A DNA stretch of 27,330 nucleotides from a virus. Lineage: Duplodnaviria; Caudoviricetes. Under the pieces are notes generated by a model, which ran no database searches, was not told the origin of the DNA, and saw only the letters and a list, made by a program, of their open reading frames with translations. Location: the IMG/VR virus record IMGVR_UViG_3300009605_004204, positions 1 through 27,330 of that record; one strand, 5' to 3'. Position numbers and translations under genes: made by a program. Below, in pieces: positions 15,567 through 24,540 of this stretch; position 1 is the stretch's first letter, and each line of letters starts with the position of its first letter.

Positions 15567-16633
15567 AACATCTCCTTGATTTCTTGCTCCAAAAACTTCA
15601 ATGTCTCTGGATTATCGTTCAGAAAAGTCACCGCTTTATCTTGACCTTGAAATTGGAAAAATGATTTAACAGCCTTTTCGTCATCAATATCTACATCATT
15701 CTTCTTTAGAATCTCTGAAAAATTCTCCACATTTTCTATAAGATAGTTGCAGGTGTACCAAGCTCCAGCCTTGCCGATCACATCTAGATCCACAGCCATG
15801 ATAAAAAGCTCTTGCGTTTTATCTATGCCATGTCCATATCGTAGCCAACTCTGAGCTTCGCTACCGGGGAATCCCCCAGCAGCAGAGGTCATAATTTTCC
15901 AATGAATCATTTGCCCAATTTGAGACCCGCCAACCTCCCACGGTTTGATGTATCTGATCTCTAAGATATTGTCTGTCTGATATTGTATTCCTCTTCCGCC
16001 ATCAGGAACCTTGGTCTTTCCAAACCCTGACGTGTTAGCAATCAAGTGAACAATCATAAGGACGATAGCATGCTGTCGAGGAACGGTGCCTCCAAGTTTT
16101 TTGCACCAATTCTTTAAAAGCTTTGGGAGTGATGGGCGGAATTGAGCATTAACATCGTCAATCAATTCCTTTTCTGGAATTAAAGCTGAAATAGAGTCTA
16201 CTATAAGAACGCAGTTCGGCGTTTGTCTTATGTAGGTCTCTGCGATATTAAGATACTGCTCTGCGCTCATGGGTTCGTCACTAGCACCGACTACTTTTAT
16301 TCTTTCTGGATCTAGCCCATGAACACCGGAAAGGTTCATAGATTTTAGCCTTCCCTCTACGTCCATATAAATAATTGGACGGCTACCATACTCTTCGGAC
16401 TGACAAGCAGCAGCAAACTGTAGAGCCGTCGTGGTTTTTCCGCTTTTTGGGTCTCCCATCAAAGTGACCCAGCTTCCCTCCTGAATACCCCCACCCAGAG
16501 CTAGGTCTAATGCTGGACTTACCGGTATGATTTGAAGTTTGGAACGCTCCTCGAAAATTTCGGACCCACTTTTTACAACGTCTCCATATTTTTTTATTAT
16601 TTCTTTGGTAGTTGTTTCATCTAAAGTAGCCAT
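15563..16633 (-). CDS. recA: RecA/UvsX-like recombinase (divergent)
   Basis: 'SPALDLALGGGI', Walker A 'GDPKSGKTT', 'YMDVE', Walker B 'LIVDSISAL', 'DGGRG', 'KAGAWY'. Confidence 0.88.
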   Translation of the reverse strand: MATLDETTTKEIIKKYGDVVKSGSEIFEERSKLQIIPVSPALDLALGGGIQEGSWVTLMGDPKSGKTTTALQFAAACQSEEYGSRPIIYMDVEGRLKSMNLSGVHGLDPERIKVVGASDEPMSAEQYLNIAETYIRQTPNCVLIVDSISALIPEKELIDDVNAQFRPSLPKLLKNWCKKLGGTVPRQHAIVLMIVHLIANTSGFGKTKVPDGGRGIQYQTDNILEIRYIKPWEVGGSQIGQMIHWKIMTSAAGGFPGSEAQSWLRYGHGIDKTQELFIMAVDLDVIGKAGAWYTCNYLIENVENFSEILKKNDVDIDDEKAVKSFFQFQGQDKAVTFLNDNPETLKFLEQEIKEMF

Positions 16634-16634
16634 G

Positions 16635-17060
16635 TTAACTTTCAGTCTCCCTCAGTTTCTGAGCGTTGCTTTTTCTTCCATATGGCTTTCTTGGAGAAGA
16701 GGAACCACTGGTATTATATACTTGCGGTTTAGTCGGTATAGATTTTTGGCTATCTATTTGACTTTGTTCTTGTTTGATTAAATTCTCTAGATTTTTAAGC
16801 CGAAGAGAATATATCCTTTTCCCAGCGGGGGATCTGAGAGCATTGATAATGGCAAGATCGTCATATTTTTTGAGAAGGGCGTATGCTTTTGTCACCTGAC
16901 TGCGAAATTTATTCTTCCATTTTTCGGTGTTCCATAGTTTATAAGCCGGTTGCCCCTCATTGGCTGACTCAGCTTCTCTTAAGCAAACCATTTCAGCAAT
17001 ATACTGAGCCGCATTACAATCCTGTCCTGTCGTCACATGCTGATAGACTTTTGTCATCAC
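16635..17060 (-). CDS. Hypothetical protein
   Basis: 141-aa ORF tiling the operon; AAGGA upstream of GTG/ATG. Confidence 0.7.
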   Translation of the reverse strand: MMTKVYQHVTTGQDCNAAQYIAEMVCLREAESANEGQPAYKLWNTEKWKNKFRSQVTKAYALLKKYDDLAIINALRSPAGKRIYSLRLKNLENLIKQEQSQIDSQKSIPTKPQVYNTSGSSSPRKPYGRKSNAQKLRETES

Positions 17061-17493
17061 AATCCTTCTTTTGAATCAAAAAAATTCCAGCTTCAGTTGG
17101 ATTTCTTTCTTCATAGGCTTCTGGAATAACCTCTGGAAGATTCCAACGGCGAACCCTTAGAGTGTCGTTTTCAAGAACTCCGACAATAAACGAGTGATTC
17201 GTAGCATTTCCAAACAAAAATTTCCCCGCACCCTTACAGAAATAATAGCCGTCGCCACCGGTTCCGACAACCTCGACATGAGAGCGGTTTTTTATCCTCA
17301 TGCCCGTGATGTAGACCTGATTTTCTTCACAGTATTTTCCAAGCCTTTCCCATGCGCTATGTGGCAACACATCAGGTCTTCCATCATCTTGGTATACAGT
17401 TTCGCCATTTGAAAGTGTCACTATCCAGATAGGATTGCTGTCTGCATAAATATTGACGTAACTATCTATTGACTTAGCAACAGATGTTGTCAT
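17014..17493 (-). CDS. Hypothetical protein
   Basis: 159-aa ORF with ATGA coupling; beta-rich appearance, no motif recognised. Confidence 0.7.
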   Translation of the reverse strand: MTTSVAKSIDSYVNIYADSNPIWIVTLSNGETVYQDDGRPDVLPHSAWERLGKYCEENQVYITGMRIKNRSHVEVVGTGGDGYYFCKGAGKFLFGNATNHSFIVGVLENDTLRVRRWNLPEVIPEAYEERNPTEAGIFLIQKKDCDDKSLSACDDRTGL

Positions 17494-17813
17494 TTTTTAA
17501 TCCTGTGGACAGCAGATGTATTAATTTTTGATTGCGATGTTGATTTTGTTTCATCTGATAGTTCAGAAGCCGCTGGCGTCATTATTGTAACGCCTTTACG
17601 TTTTGAAGCGGTTGTGTTTCCCATCAGATCTCCAACTATGCTACTACTGGCATCTTCTTTTACGGAAGAAACATGCTTTGTTTTGGTTTTACGATGCTTG
17701 GAAATCGTAGCTACAGACCTGTTAAGATCTGAAGCCAATTCTTCCACAGTTAAACCAGAATTGTTGTCGATATAAAACTTGTCTACTTTCGTCAGTGGTC
17801 CTTTTTTAGACAT
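17490..17813 (-). CDS. Helix-turn-helix protein
   Basis: 'LTVEELASDLNRSVATISKH' followed by a basic, low-complexity tail. Confidence 0.65.
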   Translation of the reverse strand: MSKKGPLTKVDKFYIDNNSGLTVEELASDLNRSVATISKHRKTKTKHVSSVKEDASSSIVGDLMGNTTASKRKGVTIMTPAASELSDETKSTSQSKINTSAVHRIKK

Positions 17814-18111
17814 CTATGCATCTCCTTTCGGCTCTTAATAAGAGATCTCCCTTGCGACTCTTAAGATAGCTTAAGTACAAATCGAATGTTGTTGCATCTA
17901 CTTTTCTATATTCGGAATTTCTTGTTTTGTTTCTATCTAAACCATGTGGATCAAACAATTTGCCACGGTAAAATTTTACGAAGAAAACTTCTGCCGAATC
18001 ACCAGTGATTGTTTTGGCACACGCAAGAGTAGTTTCTTTATTTGATTTCTTTCCATCGGAAAGAATATAATGTACTTCTGTGTTGTCTTCCCGTATGAAT
18101 TGTTCAATCAT
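17806..18111 (-). CDS. Hypothetical protein
   Basis: 101-aa ORF with ATGA coupling. Confidence 0.65.
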   Translation of the reverse strand: MIEQFIREDNTEVHYILSDGKKSNKETTLACAKTITGDSAEVFFVKFYRGKLFDPHGLDRNKTRNSEYRKVDATTFDLYLSYLKSRKGDLLLRAERRCIDV

Positions 18112-18419
18112 ATTGTTCCCTTAAGTTGTGGTGCAGCGTAGACAAATGTAACCCCATCTATTTCTTTAATATCTACAATTCTACTTTGATCCGTACAGCC
18201 AATACGAAACTCCCCTTCCACTAGATATTTCCAACTCGTGCCTTCACAATCTGGATTGGCACAAACGGCTTGAATGTCAGTTCTTCTTTCAGAATCTTGC
18301 ACCCTCCAAATGTCCACTAGAGGAGCGTGACAGTCTGCGCATTCTATAATTTGATGCCCAAGATCTTCAAGGCTTGAATCAAAATCCTCACCAAAATCGT
18401 CATCGTAATCGTCGTTCAT
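18108..18419 (-). CDS. Hypothetical zinc-finger protein with acidic N-terminus
   Basis: 'MNDDYDDDFGEDFDSSLED', CADC...CANPDC. Confidence 0.65.
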   Translation of the reverse strand: MNDDYDDDFGEDFDSSLEDLGHQIIECADCHAPLVDIWRVQDSERRTDIQAVCANPDCEGTSWKYLVEGEFRIGCTDQSRIVDIKEIDGVTFVYAAPQLKGTI

Positions 18420-18781
18420 TTTCTTCCAGTCCTAACGTAGTTATGTTTTTGAGAATCTGACATTTTGTTTATCTCCTGTGGGCTAGCTTCTCCACTAGAA
18501 TGATGCCAAGGCCCACCCTTCTTCTTCTTGAAGTTTCCTTCGTCCTGCCTCGCTCTAGCATCTGATAATTCATAATGCCCCATGGATTTTGTGTTACGGT
18601 CTGCTAGTTGTCCGATAGTTTGAGCTTCCCCACGGACAAAGACGTTTGGAGAAGATAACACTCTTTCCAGCTTATGCTTATTGCATTCAGGACATCTCTT
18701 CTTCGGCTTGTAGGTTTTTATGCTCTGATTGACTGAGAACTCGTGTTCACAATTTGCGCATCTATACTCGTACTCGGGCAT
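18416..18781 (-). CDS. FmdB-family zinc ribbon protein
   Basis: 'MPEYEYRCANCEHEF...CPECNKHKLERVLS'. Confidence 0.85.
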   Translation of the reverse strand: MPEYEYRCANCEHEFSVNQSIKTYKPKKRCPECNKHKLERVLSSPNVFVRGEAQTIGQLADRNTKSMGHYELSDARARQDEGNFKKKKGGPWHHSSGEASPQEINKMSDSQKHNYVRTGRK

Positions 18782-18782
18782 T

Positions 18783-19097
18783 TTACACCGCTACATTTTG
18801 ACCAATATAGACTAGAAGTATGCACTGGAGAGCGAATATGGTTGTCATTGCTGGCCACGCATATTTCTTCTTCCAGTGATATAATACCACCAACAAGCCC
18901 AAAGCCGCAACCGTTCCAAACATTTTGACAGACATAAAGAGGGCTACCCCGCCGCCGTCCATAGAGATAAGAAGCTTTCCCATGGGATTTAATTCTACAG
19001 CGTATAACAAATCTTGATATACTATAGACCAGTATATGTCAATGGCAGATATTATTCCTATGGCCAGCCACATAATTCCGTAGTAGTATTTACTCAT
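18783..19097 (-). CDS. Small membrane protein (DUF5658-like)
   Basis: Three hydrophobic segments; 'D..YWS...ELNPMG...K' pattern. Confidence 0.6.
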   Translation of the reverse strand: MSKYYYGIMWLAIGIISAIDIYWSIVYQDLLYAVELNPMGKLLISMDGGGVALFMSVKMFGTVAALGLLVVLYHWKKKYAWPAMTTIFALQCILLVYIGQNVAV

Positions 19098-19743
19098 CCC
19101 AAAAGTCCAGCTTTGCTAAAACACGGGCTATTATCTTGTTCCGCACTATATCGTCTTCGTTTAACTCCACCACGCTGACCCCCTTGGTGTTGTCAAGTCT
19201 CTCGGTACACACGGTTAAGGCCCCTCTGAGCCTCGGTATTAAGTCAGACTGATCAATGTCACCATTTATTACACATCTAGAGTTCCGCCCAAGGCGAGTC
19301 AAAAACATTTTTATCTGTTCAAACGTAGCATTTTGTGCTTCGTCAAGAATAATGAATGCATTGTGAAAGTTTCTCCCCCTCATATACTCCAAGGGGCAAA
19401 TTTCGATAATGTTTTCTGCTCTTAGTTTTTTTACAGACTCGCTTCCCAAATACCCATTCATTTCTTCAATAACTGGAATTAAATATGGGTGTATTTTGTC
19501 ATGGAAAGAGCCGGGTAAATATCCCAGTCCCTTGCCAGATTCTACAACCGGTCTAGTGATTATTATTTTTTCAACTTTGCCGGAAGTTAGATACTCACAT
19601 GCCAAGCCAACTGAAACGGCGGTCTTTCCGGTTCCGGCTGGTCCTGTGCATATAGTAATATCTGATTCAGCAATTGCTCTTATATATTCAAACTGGTTAT
19701 CTGTTTTCGCTTTAAGCTGTCTTCGGTGATGTCGTTTTTTCAT
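19090..19743 (-). CDS. phoH: PhoH-family ATPase
   Basis: 'GPAGTGKT', 'ITRPVVE', 'LGYLPG', 'YMRGRNF', 'ILDEAQN', 'GDIDQSDL', 'DIVRN'. Confidence 0.95.
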   Translation of the reverse strand: MKKRHHRRQLKAKTDNQFEYIRAIAESDITICTGPAGTGKTAVSVGLACEYLTSGKVEKIIITRPVVESGKGLGYLPGSFHDKIHPYLIPVIEEMNGYLGSESVKKLRAENIIEICPLEYMRGRNFHNAFIILDEAQNATFEQIKMFLTRLGRNSRCVINGDIDQSDLIPRLRGALTVCTERLDNTKGVSVVELNEDDIVRNKIIARVLAKLDFWDE

Positions 19744-19746
19744 TTA

Positions 19747-20250
19747 TTATTTACCAGAAGAACCAAACCCTCCGCATGCTCTAGAAGAATCCTCAAGCTC
19801 CTCTACCTCTATGACGCGCATCAAGGGTATTTGTTGAACCACCAACTGAGCTATCCTATCGCCTCTTTTAATATCGTAAGAAATATGATGATATGGCCAA
19901 TCCTGTTTTCCGTAACTAAGGTTTGACAAACAGACCTTAACTTCTCCACGATAGCCACTATCTATCACCCCCGCAAATCTGTGGATTCCTTTTACGCCCA
20001 TCGAAGATCTGTCCCAAATTAAACCAACAAAACCTTTAGGTATTTCCATGGCTATTCCAGTGCTAACTAAAACTGTTCTACTAACTTCCATACTAACATC
20101 CTCATCAGCATACAAATCGAAGCCAGCATCATAGTCATGAGCTTTAAACGGAACCTGTGCCGTGGTTGTAAGCTTTTTAATTCTTAGCTCATATCCTTGT
20201 TCAAGAGAAATTGGAACATCTGTAGTATAAGAATATTTCGTATCGTTCAT
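19747..20250 (-). CDS. dut: Trimeric dUTPase
   Basis: 'AGFDLYA', 'DRSS', 'GVIDSGYRGEV', 'GDRIAQLV', 'R..GGFGSSG'. Confidence 0.95.
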   Translation of the reverse strand: MNDTKYSYTTDVPISLEQGYELRIKKLTTTAQVPFKAHDYDAGFDLYADEDVSMEVSRTVLVSTGIAMEIPKGFVGLIWDRSSMGVKGIHRFAGVIDSGYRGEVKVCLSNLSYGKQDWPYHHISYDIKRGDRIAQLVVQQIPLMRVIEVEELEDSSRACGGFGSSGK

Positions 20251-22430
20251 ACAATTTCACACGCTCCATTGGCACAAGCAATTTCCTGTTCAGGCACTAC
20301 GTTATCCTCTTGTTCTATACATGTAGTGTAATCTACAGGTTGATATTCTCTTTTCATATCAACCCACTCCTTCCAATTGTACACGTCTTTCATGCAGTAG
20401 GTCAATCTTTTTATGTCTCCATCCATATATTTTCCAGCAAATCTGTGACATCTATCGGCCCAATTTTTTTTGCCATTGCCTTTTACTTTATCTCCAAGGC
20501 CCAACAGAGAATCACAGGCAGGCCAAAGATTGTCTTCCCATAGATTGAGAGCTACTTCGATAAGGCCACTTACGAACATTGCACCCTCACCATAATGGGA
20601 AACCATCTCACTAGGCAGATAAATAGTGGTGAATGGAGCTTGTGGATAATCTTTGTCTCCACTTACGGGAAGAAGGGAAACGCCGCAGAAAAACTTGCGG
20701 TTTTTATATATGAAACTCTCTACTTTTTCCCATTCTTCTGGCCTGACATTGATTGTGTTTGATACATTATGCTGTAAAAAGGACTTGACACATATCGCAT
20801 CATTGCGTCCAGTCATGACCCAGTTTTGTTGAGTAGTTTTTACGCAACCCAATAAATCAAGAGCACTCACCTTGTTCTTGAGCTTAGAACCATCTGGAAC
20901 CTCTATGCAAAAAGAGATTACATCGTCACTATCGTTGGCAGACCACACTGACTCAGAACAAGCCCTCGGGTTAGAAGTTTTGAAATGTTGATAAATATTT
21001 TCCAGCTTATTTGCTTGTACTCGCCTGATATAACGTTTGGCATGGTGCGGGTGTATGCCAGAACTAGTTCCCAAAATACAAGAAGCAGTTCCTTCAGGCT
21101 TGACACAAGTCGTCCTAGCTGCCTGATTGATGCCAATCTTGTTGGCAATTTCCTTGTTGGTTTTCTTGACGGCCCTAGCCCCTTCTTTTTGCGTAGCTGG
21201 ATCAAGACAAATCTCGTGTTGCTCCATAATGCCCGTCATGGAAACACCTAGAAGGGCTTCTCTCTCAAGGATTCTCTCGCTGACCTCTCCCAGATACGGA
21301 AGTTTGGTAAATCCAGCTTGAAGTGTTCCTATAATTGCAGCAGCACGACATGACTCAAGGAATTCTTCCTTGGTAGATACTTTAGCACAATTAACCGTAC
21401 TGAGATTACAGGCTTGCCAGCCGGTCTCCCCCGTTTTCTCATCAATAGGGTAAAGGCCAATTTCTACGCAGGGGTTGACGATAAGCTCTGTTGAATCTGA
21501 CCAAACAAATCCCGGCTCTCCAAACTCCCTAACCGACTGCATCAATTCGGAGAACTGTTTAGGAGTGGTGTCGTCACGCAGGAGGAGAGCAGAATTATTA
21601 GAACGACCACGTTGAGGATTATCATGAAACCAATTTCCAGTTTTTGCCAATGCCATCTCTTCGTCATTTGGCGAAAAAAGACAAATCGTAGCACTCCTAC
21701 GTACACCACCAGAAATAACAGCATCAGCGCTATGCATAACCATGTCGTAAACATGTATTGGCCTCAACTTTCTAACGTTAAATTCGCTCTCTTTTAAAGC
21801 TCTATCTAGAACCTTTTTAATATTAACCAGTGCTTTTTTTAACGGCTCTGGGCCGGGAGCTTTGCCGGAACTGGAACTCAGATATGAACCAGCGGGTCTG
21901 ATTTCAGAAAAATCAAAACTAACGTTCTTTCCTTCATATTCAGAAAATAGATCATTGTCTTCAAAATAGCTACTAATAAGTACACCAATGGCGTCAGACC
22001 ATCCCTCAATAGTATCTGGAATAGTATACTTTTTTGTGCCGTCTTTTGACCGAATAAGTTTGGGAAGTTTTTCGACGTGGTGTTTTTGAACTGAAAACCC
22101 TACTCCACAACCGCAGAGTAGAAGATACATACATTCTTGAAAAAACCTAAGTCTATTGGCATACGACGCAATACAATTATACACTCTGGCATGGTGTTTT
22201 ACAACGGGTTTACCTCCAAACTGCAACGCCCTTTGAGAGCCTAGAACTCTCTTTTTATGCATGAGGTCATACGCCCATTCAATATCTTCTTGAGCTTCAG
22301 GATATTGATCAAGCATCATATTTTTGACGCGATCAACTGACTCTTTCCAAGTCTCTCTCCTTTTCTTTTCTGGTATCCATCTTGCGTATTTCCCGACAAA
22401 GGTATAGTTTTGTAACTCTCCAACTGACAT
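20247..22430 (-). CDS. nrdJ: Class II (adenosylcobalamin-dependent) ribonucleotide reductase, monomeric RTPR-like
   Basis: 'YNC', 'GCGVGFSV', 'GGVRRSA', 'RSNNS', 'GEPG', 'NPCVEI', 'CNL', 'TTCVKPEGTAS', C-terminal 'CANGACEIV'; no adjacent NrdB. Confidence 0.88.
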   Translation of the reverse strand: MSVGELQNYTFVGKYARWIPEKKRRETWKESVDRVKNMMLDQYPEAQEDIEWAYDLMHKKRVLGSQRALQFGGKPVVKHHARVYNCIASYANRLRFFQECMYLLLCGCGVGFSVQKHHVEKLPKLIRSKDGTKKYTIPDTIEGWSDAIGVLISSYFEDNDLFSEYEGKNVSFDFSEIRPAGSYLSSSSGKAPGPEPLKKALVNIKKVLDRALKESEFNVRKLRPIHVYDMVMHSADAVISGGVRRSATICLFSPNDEEMALAKTGNWFHDNPQRGRSNNSALLLRDDTTPKQFSELMQSVREFGEPGFVWSDSTELIVNPCVEIGLYPIDEKTGETGWQACNLSTVNCAKVSTKEEFLESCRAAAIIGTLQAGFTKLPYLGEVSERILEREALLGVSMTGIMEQHEICLDPATQKEGARAVKKTNKEIANKIGINQAARTTCVKPEGTASCILGTSSGIHPHHAKRYIRRVQANKLENIYQHFKTSNPRACSESVWSANDSDDVISFCIEVPDGSKLKNKVSALDLLGCVKTTQQNWVMTGRNDAICVKSFLQHNVSNTINVRPEEWEKVESFIYKNRKFFCGVSLLPVSGDKDYPQAPFTTIYLPSEMVSHYGEGAMFVSGLIEVALNLWEDNLWPACDSLLGLGDKVKGNGKKNWADRCHRFAGKYMDGDIKRLTYCMKDVYNWKEWVDMKREYQPVDYTTCIEQEDNVVPEQEIACANGACEIV

Positions 22431-22438
22431 TTTTAATC

Positions 22439-22825
22439 CTACTTATTTTTCGTCTTGGTGGCGTGTCCATCGGCTACCATTTTAGATGATACGTCCTGTC
22501 CATCGACAAAGATATACCCTAAAATCCGATTCAGTGTTAAAATATCTTTGATGTCATCGTCTTCATCAGCAGGAATGTGCAAAATTGCTTGCTTATATTT
22601 TGACTCACCGAAATATAACTCCTGTTCACCCAATAAAGTTTTTATATGGGCTTTCGCGGCCAGCCCCTTCTCTTTTTCTTCAAGATCTCTTGTTCTAGTT
22701 TCTGGACACCAGCAGTCCTTTAGCCGCACGCGAACTGTTTTAATTATCTGCACATCTATTGTGTCGCCGTCTACAACGTTTGTGACTACGACCTTGGTTG
22801 TAAGTCCAGCAGGTGGTTGTTCCAT
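22439..22825 (-). CDS. Thermonuclease (staphylococcal nuclease-like)
   Basis: 'VVDGDTIDV', 'VRL...CPETRT', 'EKEKGLAAK', 'RILGYIFVDG..VS.KMV.DGHA'; no signal peptide. Confidence 0.85.
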   Translation of the reverse strand: MEQPPAGLTTKVVVTNVVDGDTIDVQIIKTVRVRLKDCWCPETRTRDLEEKEKGLAAKAHIKTLLGEQELYFGESKYKQAILHIPADEDDDIKDILTLNRILGYIFVDGQDVSSKMVADGHATKTKNK

Positions 22826-22857
22826 AGTAAGGCATCCGATAAGTAAACATTAATTCA

Positions 22858-22876
22858 AAGTATTATACACTTTTTT
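22858..22876 (-). promoter_or_regulatory. Candidate promoter upstream of thermonuclease-nrdJ
   Basis: Minus strand AAAAAAGTGTATAATACT; perfect TATAAT at 22862-22867, 36 nt before the ATG; no properly spaced -35. Confidence 0.45.
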
Positions 22877-23306
22877 GTGGATCAAGATAGGTAATTTCAA
22901 GACCGTTTTTAATAAGGTGGCTGTAGACAATCCTATCTTCTTCTGTCTCCCCGTGAGCCTTAGAACCTTCTGGGACATACCACTCACGAACACCGCTTTG
23001 CCACAGCAGTTTTGCGCAGGTGGCACAGGGTAGATGCGTAATATAGGCTTTGTAATGATCAATTTGTTTCACAACTAGATTGCTTATAGCGTTGGCCTCT
23101 GCGTGTACCATAAATGGGTATTTATCAGGTCTAGTGGTAGGAAGGTCGTCTTCCTTGACTGACGAGCAAAACCCATTATACCCAACTCCAACAATCACAT
23201 TCGGACTGCCAACGATTACACATCCTACTTTGGTTTCTGAATCGTGACTGCGTATAGACGCATAGTGCGCCATACCCATGAAGTATTCATCCCACGTTGG
23301 TCTCAT
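22863..23306 (-). CDS. dCMP deaminase (ComEB-like)
   Basis: 'RPTWDEYFM', 'KVGCVIV', 'GYNG', 'HAEANAI', 'PCATCAK'. Confidence 0.93.
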   Translation of the reverse strand: MRPTWDEYFMGMAHYASIRSHDSETKVGCVIVGSPNVIVGVGYNGFCSSVKEDDLPTTRPDKYPFMVHAEANAISNLVVKQIDHYKAYITHLPCATCAKLLWQSGVREWYVPEGSKAHGETEEDRIVYSHLIKNGLEITYLDPQKSV

Positions 23307-23391
23307 ATTCCCGCTTCTTATTCCTAGAACGACGTTCCTTCTTAAGTCTCTTCTTATCTCTCTTGCTTTTTTTTCTTATTGTTTTTCCCAT
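23287..23391 (-). CDS. Small highly basic 34-aa protein (absent from ORF track)
   Basis: MGKTIRKKSKRDKKRLKKERRSRNKKREYETNVG*; 17/34 residues K/R; bridges and overlaps both neighbours. Confidence 0.55.
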   Translation of the reverse strand: MGKTIRKKSKRDKKRLKKERRSRNKKREYETNVG

Positions 23392-23563
23392 GATTCTTTC
23401 TAAAACCTTTGTGGACCCAAACAAAATTGGGGCCTAGTGAATAAATAATTAATTTACGAAAACCACCACTTCCATTTTCCGGTAAAACCCAGCCGTAAGA
23501 ACTGTCATCTATTTTTAACTTTTCCGCTTTTGCGGCTATTACCTTTTTCATATCAGCCTTCAT
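23354..23563 (-). CDS. Hypothetical protein (69 aa)
   Basis: GGAG SD before ATG 23563 (MKADMKK), 2 nt after the upstream stop. Confidence 0.6.
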   Translation of the reverse strand: MKADMKKVIAAKAEKLKIDDSSYGWVLPENGSGGFRKLIIYSLGPNFVWVHKGFRKNHGKNNKKKKQER

Positions 23564-23565
23564 CG

Positions 23566-24540
23566 CTACTCCAGTACTTCTAGTCCATGAATACAATGTC
23601 TTATGTCTTCCTCTAACTGTATAGTCTTTTCTATATCTCCGCTATCCGTATTGTATACCAAAATTCTTGCTGGAGACATACCGACAAATAATAACTCATT
23701 ATGTCTAGCCAGACCTCGATTCCAGTTGGCTTTAGCTATATCGTCAGCATGATATTTAATCTTTTTGGTTTTTGGCAGAGCTATAAATCTAGTCTTTAGA
23801 AGCGTTCTTTGTATACCGGTACTCTCATTATTAAATGAGTTTGGCATCGTGTGTATTGAGTCTTTGCTATCAATTATTCCCAGATAACCAAAAGAGGTAA
23901 GGTTGACAGCATAAAAGTCGGAATATTCGTAAAAATTATGTTGAAAGCTTTTAGCGTTATGAATTACTGGCATGGGAACAACTACTTCCATGCTATAAAA
24001 ATCATACAGGTGTGTAATAAGCCCTCCAAAAACCAGTCTGTTATCATTCGAAGAGATTGAATTGATATGAAAGTTATCTTCTTCTGGAGCCTCACCCGGA
24101 TTAATTTCTCTCAACTCCATCAAAGATTTGTAGTCTTCTTTATTTTCTCCAACAACTTCCCAGAAACCGGACAGATTAAAATCTAGATCCACTCTTGCAA
24201 TTGAATCATAAGCTGTAGAGGTTACCCAGATAGAATCATCAAAATAACAAATCTCATGTACCGATTTAAAAATCTTGTCGTCTCTAAAACGCTTCACAAT
24301 TTGGTATGTCTCTTTGTCTAGCTCTATTAGACCTCCAGAATCAGCGACAACTATTCTGTCGTCCAGAACGACTATGCCTCGCAGCCCCCTCTCACCGCCC
24401 CTTTCGTTATCGTTGACAAAATCGTCACTGTATGGTTGGTAATGTAGAACCTCTTCGGTGTCCACATCGATGACGTAAAGACCACCATGTATGTCACCCT
24501 GTTTGGCCGCTCTTACAACCGTGCTACAAATAATTTTCAT
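23566..24540 (-). CDS. Probable beta-propeller protein
   Basis: Repeated short beta motifs 'GLRGIVV', 'VHEICY', 'FHINSI', 'WNRGLA', 'IHGLEV'; fold is inferred. Confidence 0.6.
   Translation of the reverse strand: MKIICSTVVRAAKQGDIHGGLYVIDVDTEEVLHYQPYSDDFVNDNERGGERGLRGIVVLDDRIVVADSGGLIELDKETYQIVKRFRDDKIFKSVHEICYFDDSIWVTSTAYDSIARVDLDFNLSGFWEVVGENKEDYKSLMELREINPGEAPEEDNFHINSISSNDNRLVFGGLITHLYDFYSMEVVVPMPVIHNAKSFQHNFYEYSDFYAVNLTSFGYLGIIDSKDSIHTMPNSFNNESTGIQRTLLKTRFIALPKTKKIKYHADDIAKANWNRGLARHNELLFVGMSPARILVYNTDSGDIEKTIQLEEDIRHCIHGLEVLE

Noticed and set aside
22740-22850. Short out-of-frame ORF 'MFTYRMPYYG...' overlapping the thermonuclease start
   Set aside because: The nuclease has its own in-frame ATG and a complete N-terminal strand; there is no evidence for a frameshift.
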